This document shows, piece after piece, positions 12,681 through 23,013 of a stretch of 64,000 bases of DNA; within the stretch, counting starts at the first letter, position 1; every line of letters begins with the position of its first letter. The stretch is from the NCBI GenBank assembly GCA_963794725.1, contig CAWCFR010000033.1, positions 5,912 through 69,911 of the forward strand, read 5' to 3'. Position numbers and translations under genes: made by a program. The stretch comes from an uncultured Actinomycetota bacterium (GTDB taxonomy: Bacteria > Actinomycetota > Actinomycetes > Propionibacteriales > Nocardioidaceae). Under the pieces are notes generated by a model. That model worked only from the letters and a program-made list of their open reading frames with translations, was not told the DNA's origin and made no database searches.

Positions 12681-13528
12681 ACGCTGAGTCCTCCCAGCGG
12701 GGCTTCGGCCGTCTGCCGGACGCGTACCTGACCCCGGGGTCGTCCTCGTTCGCGGACTTCCTGGGCACCGTCGCCCCCGACCTGCTGCCGACGCGCCGCT
12801 CGCTGCCGCCGGGCAGTGCGGCCGACCTGGCGCCGCACGCCACCACGATCGTCGCGGTGACGTTCGCCGGCGGCGTCGTGATGGCCGGCGACCGGCGCGC
12901 CACGATGGGCAACATCATCGCCCAGCGCGACATCGAGAAGGTGTTCCCCGCCGACGAGTACTCCTGCGTGGGGATCGCCGGCACCGCGGGCCTCGCCGTG
13001 GAGATGGTCCGGCTGTTCCAGACCGAGCTCGAGCACTACGAGAAGATCGAGGGCACGACGCTCTCGACCGACGGCAAGGCCAACCGCCTCTCGGCGCTGA
13101 TCCGCGGCAACCTCGCGATGGCGATGCAGGGCCTGGCCGTCGTACCCCTCTTCGCCGGCTACGACCTCGAGACCAGCCAGGGCCGGATCTTCTCCTACGA
13201 CGTCACGGGCGGTCGCTACGAGGAGACGGCCTTCCACTCCGTCGGGTCGGGCTCGATGTTCGCGCGCGGGTCGCTGAAGAAGCTCTACCGCGACGGCTTC
13301 GACCAGACCCAGGCCGTGACCGCCGTCGTCCAGGCGCTGTACGACGCGGCCGACGACGACTCGGCGACCGGTGGCCCGGACATGGCCCGGCGGATCTTCC
13401 CCGTGGTCAGCGTGATCAGCGCCGACGGCCACACCCGCCTCTCGCAGGACGAGGTGGCCACCATCGCCGACGCCGTGGTCGCCGGCAGACACGAGCGCCC
13501 CGACGGTCCCGAGGCGGCGCTGCTATGA
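12677..13528 (+). CDS. prcB: 20S proteasome beta subunit
   Basis: Propeptide then [22 protein letters not shown]; GTGA overlap with pup. Confidence 0.96.
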   Translation: MNAESSQRGFGRLPDAYLTPGSSSFADFLGTVAPDLLPTRRSLPPGSAADLAPHATTIVAVTFAGGVVMAGDRRATMGNIIAQRDIEKVFPADEYSCVGIAGTAGLAVEMVRLFQTELEHYEKIEGTTLSTDGKANRLSALIRGNLAMAMQGLAVVPLFAGYDLETSQGRIFSYDVTGGRYEETAFHSVGSGSMFARGSLKKLYRDGFDQTQAVTAVVQALYDAADDDSATGGPDMARRIFPVVSVISADGHTRLSQDEVATIADAVVAGRHERPDGPEAALL

Positions 13529-13612
13529 CCGAGCGAGCGCAGCGAGTGAGCAATCAGCAGAGCGCCCCGGCATGGTCATGCCCGACCCGAGCGAAGCGAG
13601 GCCCGCATGACC
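13525..13612 (+). repeat. 82-bp insert at prcB/prcA junction flanked by ATGACC direct repeats
   Basis: ATGACC at 13525 and 13607; internal GAGCGCAGCGAG / GAGCGAAGCGAG repeats and GGCATGGTCATGCC palindrome. Confidence 0.6.
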
Positions 13613-14399
13613 ATGCCTTTCTACGTCTCGCCCGAGCAGCTGATGAAGGACCGGGCGGACTTCGCCCGCAAGGGCATCGCCCGTGGTCGCTCGGTGGCGG
13701 TCGTCCGCTACGCCGACGGCGTGCTCTTCGTCTCCGAGAACCCCTCGGCCGCGCTGCACAAGATCAGCGAGATCTACGACCGGATCGCCTTCGCCGCCGT
13801 GGGCCGCTACAACGAGTTCGAGAACCTGCGGATCGCCGGCGTGCGGCTGGCCGACATGCGGGGCTACTCCTACGACCGGCGCGACGTGACGGGTCGTGGC
13901 CTGGCCAACGCCTATGCCCAGACGCTCGGCACGATCTTCTCCAGCGGGGGCGAGAAGCCCTACGAGATCGAGATCTTCGTCGCCGAGGTGGGTGACACGG
14001 CCGACGACGACCAGGTCTTCCGGCTCACCTTCGACGGGCAGGTGGTCGAGGAGCACGACTACGCCGTGATGGGTGGCGCCGCCGAGGCGGTCACCGAGTA
14101 CCTCAAGGAGCGCTACTCGACGGGTCTCTCGCGCGACGACGCCCTCGTCCTGGCAGCGGCGGCGCTGGGCCAGGGGGAGAGCGGCCACCGCGACATCCCC
14201 GCCCGCGACCTCGAGGTGGCGGTGCTGGACCGCACCCGCACCCAGCAGCGGAAGTTCAAGCGCATGGACGTGCGCGTCCTGGCCTCGGTGCTCGAGCGCC
14301 GCCGACGCCACGGCCGGCGAGACCGCGGAGGCCCCCGAGACGGCAGCGACACCGACGGCTCCGGACGAGGAGCCACCGGTGTCGCCACCTGTTTCCTAG
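13607..14399 (+). CDS. prcA: 20S proteasome alpha subunit (indel near C-terminus)
   Basis: [44 protein letters not shown]. Confidence 0.95.
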
Positions 14400-14405
14400 G
14401 CGGCC

Positions 14406-15857
14406 TCAGGCGGCCAGCTCGACGTCGTCGAGCTCGGGAGCGCCCTGTCCCTCCGGGCGGGTGGGCAGGGCCGCCTTGGCGGGTCGCAGCACCAGCAGCG
14501 CGACCAGGAAGGCCGCGGTGAGCAGCCCCGCACCGACGGCGAAGGTCTGCGACATGCCGGCCACCACGTCGCCCACGGCGGTGTGCGAGGCGTAGACGGT
14601 GACCAGCACCGCCAGGCCCAGCGAGCCGCCGACCTGCTGCGACATCTGCAGCATGCCCGACGCGGAACCCGCGTGGATCGGCTCGACCCCGTCGAGCACG
14701 GTCACCGTGACCGGCATGAAGGTCAGCCCCGCGCCGATGCCCACGAGCATCAACGGCAGGAGCAGCGTGCCGACGTAGGTGCTGTCCTCGCCGATGCCGG
14801 TCAGCCACAGGTTGGCCGCGCCGACGAGCAGGGTGCCGGTCACCAGCAGCGGGCGGGTGCCGAAGCGCTGGACCAGGCGGGGAGTGACCCGCGAGGTGGC
14901 GAAGATCAGCACCGTCAGCGGCAGGAAGGCGAAGCCGGACTCCAGCGCGCCGAACCCCAGGACCGCCTGCATGAACTGCACGAGGAAGAAGAACAGCGAG
15001 AACTGCGCCGCGATGAACAGCGCCATCACCGCGATGGCACCGAGCCTGGTGCGGCTGCGCAGCACCTCCGCCGGCAGCAGCGGGGCCGACGTACGGCGCT
15101 CGTGGACCACCAGGGTGGCCAGCAGGACCGCGGCCACGGCGAACGCCGTGAGGGTGCCGGGTGAGGTCCAGCCGTGGTCGGGGGCGTGGATGAACCCGAA
15201 CACGAGGGCGGCCGAGCCGAGGGTGGCGGTGACCGCTCCGAGCACGTCGAAGCGACCGTGCTGGCGCTCGGTCTCGGTCACGTGGCGCGGCACGAGCGCC
15301 AGGACGAGCAGGCCCAGCGGGACGTTGATGAACAGCGACCAGCGCCACGAGGCGTAGCCGGTGAGCACGCCACCGAGGATCAGGCCGATCGACCCGCCTG
15401 CCGAGGAGACGGCGCTGAACAGCGCCAGCACCTTGGTGCGGCCGGCGGCGTCGGGGGCGGACGTGCTCAGCAGGGCCAGCACGCTCGGCGCGGCGATGGC
15501 CGCGCCGACGCCCTGGAGGGCACGGGCGCCGACGAGGATGCCGGCCGTGGGGGCCAGGCCGCCGGCGAGGGAGCCCAGGGTGAAGACGGCCAGGCCCACC
15601 ATGAAGGTGCGGCGGCGGCCGAAGACGTCGCCGAGGCGGCCGCCGAGGAGGAGCAGCCCGCCGAAGGCGAGCGTGTAGGCGTTGAGCACCCAGGAGAGTG
15701 CGGAGGGGCTGAAGCCGAGCCCGGTGCGGATGTCCGGGAGCGCGACGTTCACGACGGTCATGTCGAGGATCAGCATCAGCTGGACCGTCAGGATCAGCGC
15801 GGTGCCGAGGGCGCGCGACCGGGTCCGTGACACGGGCCCAGAAAGTACGGAAGTCAT
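14406..15857 (-). CDS. DHA2-type MFS efflux transporter
   Basis: [32 protein letters not shown]. Confidence 0.9.
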   Translation of the reverse strand: MTSVLSGPVSRTRSRALGTALILTVQLMLILDMTVVNVALPDIRTGLGFSPSALSWVLNAYTLAFGGLLLLGGRLGDVFGRRRTFMVGLAVFTLGSLAGGLAPTAGILVGARALQGVGAAIAAPSVLALLSTSAPDAAGRTKVLALFSAVSSAGGSIGLILGGVLTGYASWRWSLFINVPLGLLVLALVPRHVTETERQHGRFDVLGAVTATLGSAALVFGFIHAPDHGWTSPGTLTAFAVAAVLLATLVVHERRTSAPLLPAEVLRSRTRLGAIAVMALFIAAQFSLFFFLVQFMQAVLGFGALESGFAFLPLTVLIFATSRVTPRLVQRFGTRPLLVTGTLLVGAANLWLTGIGEDSTYVGTLLLPLMLVGIGAGLTFMPVTVTVLDGVEPIHAGSASGMLQMSQQVGGSLGLAVLVTVYASHTAVGDVVAGMSQTFAVGAGLLTAAFLVALLVLRPAKAALPTRPEGQGAPELDDVELAA

Positions 15858-15893
15858 GGTGTTCCTAGTCTCGAGAGTGATGACGTAGACTTG

Positions 15894-15941
15894 CGGAGAG
15901 TTCCTCCGGTTAGTCCAGAACTATACGGAGACTGTCTCCGT
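15894..15941. promoter_or_regulatory. Two palindromic TetR-type operators
   Basis: CGGAG-AGTTC-CTCCG (15894-15908) and ACGGAGAC-T-GTCTCCGT (15925-15941) between divergent MFS and TetR genes. Confidence 0.75.
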
Positions 15942-15964
15942 TTAGCAAGGGAGTTGTGCGACCG

Positions 15965-16582
15965 ATGTCTGCGGACACGTCTGTCGATGACGGCGTCACC
16001 GAGAACGAGGTGGAGCCAGGGCGCAAGCCGCTGCGCGCGGACGCCCAGCGCAACTACGACAAGATCGTCGAGACCGCGCGTGTGCTGTTCCGCGAGAAGG
16101 GCGCCGACGCCTCCCTGGACGAGATCGCGAAGCGAGCGGGGGTCGGCCCGGCACCCTCTACCGGCACTTCCCGACCCGCGACGCGCTGGTCGACGCGGTG
16201 ATGAAGGACTGGGTCGACCGGGTCCACGGCGACGCCCAGGAGGTCCTGGATGACGGGCTCGAGCCGCGCGAGACCCTGACCACGTGGCTGGACCGCCTGG
16301 TCGAGCACATGAGTCGCTACCAGGGGGCGCCGGCCAAGTTCGCCTCCGCCCTCGACGACACCGGCACGCCGATGCACCACAAGTGCACGGCCCTGGTGGC
16401 GGCCAACAAGATCGTCTTCGACGCGCTGGACGCCCAGGGTGCCGTCCGCGCGGGGGTCGAGCCCCGCGATGTCGTGCGCATGGTGACCGGGATCGCCGAC
16501 CGCTGCGGAGAGGTCCGGGCTCGGGCACGAGACCGCGACGCCGATGCTGGCCATCGTCGCCGACGGTGTGCTGCGGGCCTGA
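15965..16582 (+). CDS. TetR-family regulator (frameshifted)
   Basis: LRADAQRN...[12 protein letters not shown] then LYRHFPTR in the next frame. Confidence 0.85.
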
Positions 16583-16609
16583 CGCGCTCCGGCCGCATAG
16601 GCTGTCGAC

Positions 16610-17972
16610 GTGGACCGGCGCATCTTCGGCATCGAGAACGAGTACGGCGTCACGTGCACGTTCAAGGGCCAGCGCCGGCTCTCGCCCGACGAGGTGGCCC
16701 GCTACCTGTTCCGCAAGGTGGTCAGCTGGGGCCGCAGCAGCAACGTCTTCCTCGCCAACGGGGCCCGGCTCTACCTCGACGTGGGCAGCCACCCCGAGTA
16801 CGCCACCCCCGAGTGCGACGACATCATCGACCTGGTCACCCACGACAAGGCGGGGGAGCGGGTGCTCGAGGGCCTGCTGGTCGACGCCGAGCGCCGGCTG
16901 CGTGACGAGGGCATCTCCGGCGACGTCTACCTGTTCAAGAACAACACCGACTCGCGCCGGCAACTCCTACGGCTGCCACGAGAACTACCTGGTCAGCCGG
17001 CACGGCGAGTTCAGCAAGCTGGCCGACGTACTGATCCCGTTCCTGGTGACCCGGCAGATCCTGGTCGGGGCCGGCAAGGTCACCCAGACACCGCGCGGGG
17101 CGTCGTACTCGGTGAGCCAGCGGGCCGAGCACATCTGGGAGGGCGTCTCCAGCGCCACCACCCGCTCGCGCCCGATCATCAACACCCGCGACGAGCCGCA
17201 CGCCGACGCCGAGCGCTTCCGGCGGCTGCACGTCATCGTCGGCGACTCGAACATGAGCGAGACCACCACCATGCTCAAGGTGGCCAGCTGCGACCTCGTC
17301 CTCCGGATGATCGAGGAGGGCGTGGTGATGCGCGACCTCACGATGGAGAACCCCATCCGCGCGATCCGCGAGATCAGCCACGACATGACCGGTCGCCGCA
17401 AGGTGCGCCTGGCCAACGGCCGCGAGGCCAGCGTGCTGGACATCCAGTCCGAGTACCTCAACCGGGTCCGCGACTTCGTCGACCGCCGCGAGCTGCACAC
17501 GCCGGTGATCGAGCAGTCCCTCGACCTGTGGGAGCGGGGCCTCAAGGCCGTCGAGTCCGGAGACCTGTCGATCGTGGAGCGCGAGATCGACTGGGTGATC
17601 AAGTGGAAGCTGATCGAGCGCTACCGCGAGAAGCACGGGCTCCCGCTCGGTCACCCGCGGATCGCGCAGCTCGACCTCGCCTACCACGACATCCACCGCG
17701 ACCGCGGCCTCTACTACCTGCTGGAGAAGCGCGGGGCGGTCAAGCGGGTGACCAACGACCTGGCCATCTTCCGGGCGAAGTCGGTGCCGCCCCAGACCAC
17801 CCGGGCCAGGCTGCGGGGAGACTTCATCAAGCGGGCCCAGGAGCGTCGCCGCGACTTCACCGTCGACTGGGTGCACCTGAAGCTCAACGACCAGGCGCAG
17901 CGCACCGTGCTGTGCAAGGACCCGTTCCGCTCGCACGACGAGCGCGTCGAGCGCCTGATCGAGGGCATGTGA
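16610..17972 (+). CDS. pafA: Pup-protein ligase (frameshift near 16955)
   Basis: [51 protein letters not shown]. Confidence 0.96.
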
Positions 17973-18948
17973 CTCCTGCACGTACCGGCTCCTCGCACGG
18001 GTCGGCCGGACGGCTGTTCGCTGCCGCGCTGACCGGTCTGGCGCTCGTGCTCGCCGGTCGGTGCCTGCGGCTCCGACACCACGCGCAAGCCGAGCTCCGT
18101 CGAGGACAAGGTCCGCGTCTCCGGTGAGTTCGGGAGAAGCCGACGATCACCATCGCCGCCCCCCTCAAGGTCCCGGCCAGCAAGTCCTGGACCGTGATCA
18201 AGGGTGACCGCGACACCGTCCGCCCCGACTCCACGACGATCCTCCAGCTGACCCTGGCGAGCGCCCGGACCGGCAAGACCCTGATCAGCACCGCCGACAC
18301 CGGTCAGCGCCCGATCGAGGCCAGCCTCACCGACCAGCTGTTCCCGTCACTGGTCACGGCGCTGACGGGAGCCAAGGCGGGCAGCCGGGTGGTCGTCGCC
18401 TCGACGGCCAAGGACTCCTACGGCACCCAGGGCAACACCCAGCTCGGGATCAAGGCCGGCGACCCGGTCGTGATGGTGGCCGACGTCCTGTCCTCGGATC
18501 CCGCGTCGCTGGTGCTGCCCGGCCCGCACCGGCGCCACCACCCCCGCTCCGGCCACGGCCGCCGCGCGTGGTGAGAAGGGCAAGGACCCACCGGGTTCGA
18601 CGTCAGCGGGCTGACCAAGCCCACGAAGGCGCAGGTCTTCCGGCTCCGTGCAGGGCACCGGGCGCAGCGCTGACAGGTCCACGCCGAATCGCGGCGAACT
18701 ACGTCGGTGAGGTGTGGGGAGGCAAGGTGCCCTTCGACAGCTCCTTCCCCAAGGAGCCGGCCACGCTTCTCCGTGGGCGTCGGCGGCGTGATCCCGTGCT
18801 GGGACAAGGCCCTGGACGGGGGTCAAGGCGGGTCGCGCGTGTGCTGCTCGTCTGCCCGCCCGGCACGGCGTACGGCGCGAAGGCGCAGCCGAACATCCCG
18901 GCCAACTCGACCCTCGTCTTCCTCGTCGACGTCCTCGGCGTCGGCTGA
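17969..18948 (+). CDS. FKBP-type peptidyl-prolyl isomerase, probable lipoprotein (several indels)
   Basis: Signal-like N-terminus; NYVG..W...[28 protein letters not shown]; usual position between pafA and pafB. Confidence 0.8.
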
Positions 18949-18972
18949 GCCCGATCCCCTGCAAGGAGCCAC

Positions 18973-19946
18973 GTGTCCGCCGTCAAGTCCGAGCGCCTGC
19001 TGAACCTGGTGATCCTCCTGCTCGTGGCGCGCAACTACACGACCAAGGAGCAGATCCGTCAGCTGATGGAGCCCTACCGGGGCAGCAGCGACGAGGCCTT
19101 CGACCGGATGTTCGAGCGCGACAAGGACGACCTGCGGGCGCTCGGCATCCCCCTCGAGACCGGGTACGTCGACAAGTTCTTCGAGGACGAGCCCGGCTAC
19201 CGGATCAAGCGCGACGCCTTCGAGCTGCCCGCCATCGACTTCGCACCGGACGAGGTGGCCGTGGTCGGCCTGGCAGCCCGGGTGTGGCGCCACGCCGGGC
19301 TCGCGGCCGCGACCTCGGACGCCCTGGTCAAGCTCCAGGCGGCCGGGCTCAGCTTCGACCGGGAGCAGCTCGACCACGTCCAGCCCACGCTGGCCGCCGA
19401 GGAGCCGGCCTTCGAGGCGGTCTTCCAGGCCACCGTCCACCGCACGCCGGTGCAGTTCGACTACAGCCGGTTCGGCCAGAGCGGCGCGACCACGCGCCAC
19501 GTCCAGCCCTGGGGCGTGGTGACCGCCCAGGGTCGCTGGTACGTCGCCGGGCTCGACACCGACCGCGGGGAGCCGCGGATGTTCCGGCTGAGCCGGATCA
19601 CCTCCGAGGTGGTGCACGACCGGAGCACCGGGCTCGTTCACCGTGCCGGAGGACACCGACCTGCGTGCCCTCTCGGGCTCGTTGCTGCCGCGGCGGCCCG
19701 ACCGCACCGCGGTCGTGGTGGCGCGCACCGGTGCGGCCAACGGCCTGCGCCGGCGAGGCCACGGTCGTGGAGAGCGGCGTCCAGGGTCCCGACGGCGAGA
19801 CGTCGTGGGACCGGCTCGAGGTCCCGTACGTGTCCGAGACCGACGTCGCCGGCGAGCTCCTGGGCTACGCCGACGCGGTGGTCGTCGAGGCCCCGGACGA
19901 GCTGCGCGCAGCAGTCCGGGAGCGGCTCCAGCAGGTGCTCGCATGA
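18973..19946 (+). CDS. pafB: WYL-domain regulator PafB (frameshifted)
   Basis: KSERLLNL, RMFERDKDDLR, GRWYVAG...FRLSRI. Confidence 0.9.
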
Positions 19947-20946
19947 GTACCCGTCCGAGCGGTGCCCGCGAGCAGGTCTCCCGCCTGCTGGCACTGGTGC
20001 CCTACCTGCAGAGCCGCACCGACGTGTCGCTGGCCCAGGTGGCCGGCGACTTCGGGGTGAGCGCCGACCAGATCCGCAAGGACCTCAAGGTCCTCTGGAT
20101 GTGCGGCCTGCCGGGCCTGACCCCGGACAAGATGATCGACGTCGACTTCGAGGCCATCGAGGACGACCCGGACGGCGTCGTCCGCATCGACAACGCCGAG
20201 TACCTCGCCCGGCCGGTCCGGCTCGGCAGCTCGGAGGCCTCGGCCCTGATCGTGGCCCTCCGCGCGTTGCGCGAGGGCAGCCCGGACGCCTCGCACGAGG
20301 CGATCGACCGCGCGCTCAGCAAGCTCGAGGACGCGACCGCGACCGGCTCGGCGACACCGCAGGTGGAGGTGCACCTGCCCGGCTCGGCCGCGGCGCCCGG
20401 CACGCGGCGTTGCTGCGCCAGGCGATCGAGACCAACCGCCAGGCGCGCCTGGACTACTACGTGCCCACCCGCGACGAGACCACCGAGCGCACCGTCGACC
20501 CGCTCGCCCTGCTCACCGCCGACGGGCACGACTACCTCGACGCGTGGTGCCACCTGGCCGGGGCCCGGCGGCTGTTCCGCCTGGACCGGATGTACGCCGT
20601 GGAGCTGGTCGACGAGCCGCGCGACCACGACGACCTGCGGCCGCGTGACCTCGCCGCAGGCTTGTTCGAGCCTGCTCCGGACGACATCGAGGCCGTCGTG
20701 CACCTGGAGCCCTGGGCCCGCTGGGTGGCCGACTACTACCCGGTCGTGAGCACCGAGGAGCTGCCCGACCGCCGCCTGGAGGTCACCCTCCGGGTCAGCG
20801 ACCCGCTGTGGCTGGTCCGGCTGGCCCTGCGGCTGGCGCCGGCGCTGTCCATCGTCGAACCCGCCGCCCTGCGCGACGAGGTCGCCGCCACGGCTCGCGC
20901 AACTCTGCTCCTTTACGGCACGGTTCAGGAGGGCGGCGTAGCATGA
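19943..20946 (+). CDS. pafC: WYL-domain regulator PafC (frameshifted)
   Basis: [23 protein letters not shown]...FRLDRM. Confidence 0.9.
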
Positions 20947-21263
20947 CCGCCATGACCCATGCGCTCGTCCTCCCGCTGGTGTTCGACCTCGGTGCGCCCG
21001 AGCTGCTGATCATCTTCGCCGTGATCGTGCTGCTGTTCGGAGCCGCCAAGCTTCCCGAGCTGGCTCGCGGCAGCGGCCGTGCCCTGCGCATCTTCAAGGC
21101 CGAGACCAAGGGCCTGATGGACGACGACGAGGACGAAAAGAAGGGCACGACCCCTGAGCAGCGCCAGATCGACGCGCAGAACACCACTGCCACCGACATC
21201 ACCCCTCAGCCCGGCCAGAAGCAGGCCAACCCGGAAGACACCAGGCCTCCTGGCACCGTCTGA
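20943..21263 (+). CDS. tatA: Twin-arginine translocase TatA
   Basis: [29 protein letters not shown]. Confidence 0.92.
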   Translation: MTAMTHALVLPLVFDLGAPELLIIFAVIVLLFGAAKLPELARGSGRALRIFKAETKGLMDDDEDEKKGTTPEQRQIDAQNTTATDITPQPGQKQANPEDTRPPGTV

Positions 21264-21275
21264 CGAAGACACGCC

Positions 21276-22112
21276 GTGAGCATCGGCGGCGTCGTCGGCC
21301 TGTTCCGGGGCACTCCGCGCGACCCGATCGGCGAGGGCGGCCGGATGTCGCTCGGCGACCACTTCCGGGAGCTGCGCGCCCGCGTGATGCGGTGCAGCCT
21401 CTACCTGATCGTCGGGACGATCGTCGCGCTCTTCTTCTACAAGTTCCTCTTCAACCTCGTCCTCGACCCCTACAACCAGGCCCGCGCCCTGCTCGGTCAG
21501 TCGACCCAGACCGAGGCGGTGATCACCGGGGTGGGCACGCCGCTGATGCTGCAGCTGAAGATCTGCGGCATCGCCGCGGTCGTCGGCACCTCTCCGTTGT
21601 GGCTCTCCGAGATCTGGGGCTTCATCGTGCCGGGCCTGCACAGCAACGAGCGCCGCTGGAGCCGGATCTTCGCCTTCACCGCCGGCCCGCTGTTCATCGC
21701 AGGCGTGGCACTCGGCTACTACGTGCTTCCCAAGGGCATCGCGGCACTGATCGGCTTCACCCCCGACGGCGTCACGCAGCTCACCGAGTTCAGCAGCTTC
21801 TTCACCTTCATCACCCGGATGCTGCTCGTCTTCGGCATCTCCTTCGAGATCCCGTTGTTCGTCGTGATGCTCAACATGGCCGGTGTCGTGTCGGGCAAGA
21901 CGCTCGGGAAGTACCGACCGTGGATCATCCTCGGGACCTTCGTCTTCGCCGCGGTCGCCACCCCGTCGACCGACCCCTACTCGATGCTGATGCTGGCGAT
22001 CCCGATGCTCATGCTGGTGCTGGGTTCCGAGGTGATCTCGCGGGTGCTCGACCACCGGCGCGGGCGTGCGAAGCCCGAGCAGTGGGACGACGACGCGGCC
22101 TCGCCGCTCTGA
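21276..22112 (+). CDS. tatC: Twin-arginine translocase TatC
   Basis: MSLGDHFRELRAR, FIVPGLHSNE, FEIP, TPSTDP. Confidence 0.93.
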   Translation: MSIGGVVGLFRGTPRDPIGEGGRMSLGDHFRELRARVMRCSLYLIVGTIVALFFYKFLFNLVLDPYNQARALLGQSTQTEAVITGVGTPLMLQLKICGIAAVVGTSPLWLSEIWGFIVPGLHSNERRWSRIFAFTAGPLFIAGVALGYYVLPKGIAALIGFTPDGVTQLTEFSSFFTFITRMLLVFGISFEIPLFVVMLNMAGVVSGKTLGKYRPWIILGTFVFAAVATPSTDPYSMLMLAIPMLMLVLGSEVISRVLDHRRGRAKPEQWDDDAASPL

Positions 22113-22132
22113 GTGCTGGATATCCTCCACCA

Positions 22133-23008
22133 GTGGTCACCGAGATAGCCCTTCTCACCAACCCCACGTCCGGCAAGGGGAAGGGTGCGCGGATCCGGGC
22201 CGAGGTGCTGCCGCGACTCCGTGACGCCGGCTACCAGGTGCGCGACCTCGCCGGCCGCGACGCCGACGAGGCCCTCGACCTGGCCCACCAGTGCGTGACC
22301 GACGGCGTGGAGACGCTGGTCGTGGTCGGCGGCGACGGGATGATGCACCTCGCCGTCCAGGCGCTGGCCTCGTCGGGCACCCGGCTGGGGATCGTGCCGG
22401 CCGGCACCGGCAACGACGTGGCCCGCTACTTCGACGTACCGCGCAAGGACACCGCGGCCGCGACCGACGTGGTGATCGGGGGGCGGGAGCGCACCGTCGA
22501 CCTCGCCCGGATCGGCTCCACCTACTTCGTCACCGTGCTGGCCGCCGGCTTCGACGCCATCGTCAACGAGCGGGCCAACCAGATGACCTGGCCCAAGGGG
22601 CAGATGCGCTACAACCTCGCGACCGTGGCCGAGCTGCGCACCCTCAAGCCGATCCCGTACGTCCTCGAGATCGACGGCGAGGAGCAGCGCTTCGAGGCGA
22701 CGCTCGTCGCCGTGGGCAACGGTCCGTCGTTCGGCGGCGGCCTGCGGATCACCGAGGGCGCGGTGCTGGACGACGGCCTGCTCGACGTGGTCTGGTTCCG
22801 GCCGCTCTCGCGCCGCGAGCTGCTCAAGTCCTACCCGAAGCTGTTCAAGGGCACCCACGTCGACCACCCCGACTACCGCCACCGGCACGCGCGCACGGTG
22901 ACGATCGCGGCCCCCGGAGTGACCGCCTACGCCGACGGCGAGCGCATCGGTCCGCTGCCCCTCACCGTCGAGGTTGCGCCACTTTCCTTGCGCGTGCTGG
23001 TTCCGTAG
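22133..23008 (+). CDS. Diacylglycerol/lipid kinase family protein
   Basis: NPTSGKG, GGDG, PAGTGND, FGGG, ADGE. Confidence 0.9.
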   Translation: MVTEIALLTNPTSGKGKGARIRAEVLPRLRDAGYQVRDLAGRDADEALDLAHQCVTDGVETLVVVGGDGMMHLAVQALASSGTRLGIVPAGTGNDVARYFDVPRKDTAAATDVVIGGRERTVDLARIGSTYFVTVLAAGFDAIVNERANQMTWPKGQMRYNLATVAELRTLKPIPYVLEIDGEEQRFEATLVAVGNGPSFGGGLRITEGAVLDDGLLDVVWFRPLSRRELLKSYPKLFKGTHVDHPDYRHRHARTVTIAAPGVTAYADGERIGPLPLTVEVAPLSLRVLVP

Positions 23009-23013
23009 GCGTC

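Noticed and set aside
18973-20946. 657-aa ORF suggesting a natural PafB-PafC fusion
   Set aside because: The middle is out-of-frame text; separate pafB stop and pafC start overlap at ATGA 19943-19946
20942-20958. CATGACC direct repeat at the tatA start as another ATGA insert
   Set aside because: Only 9 bp apart and in frame (MTAMT); explained by alternative starts
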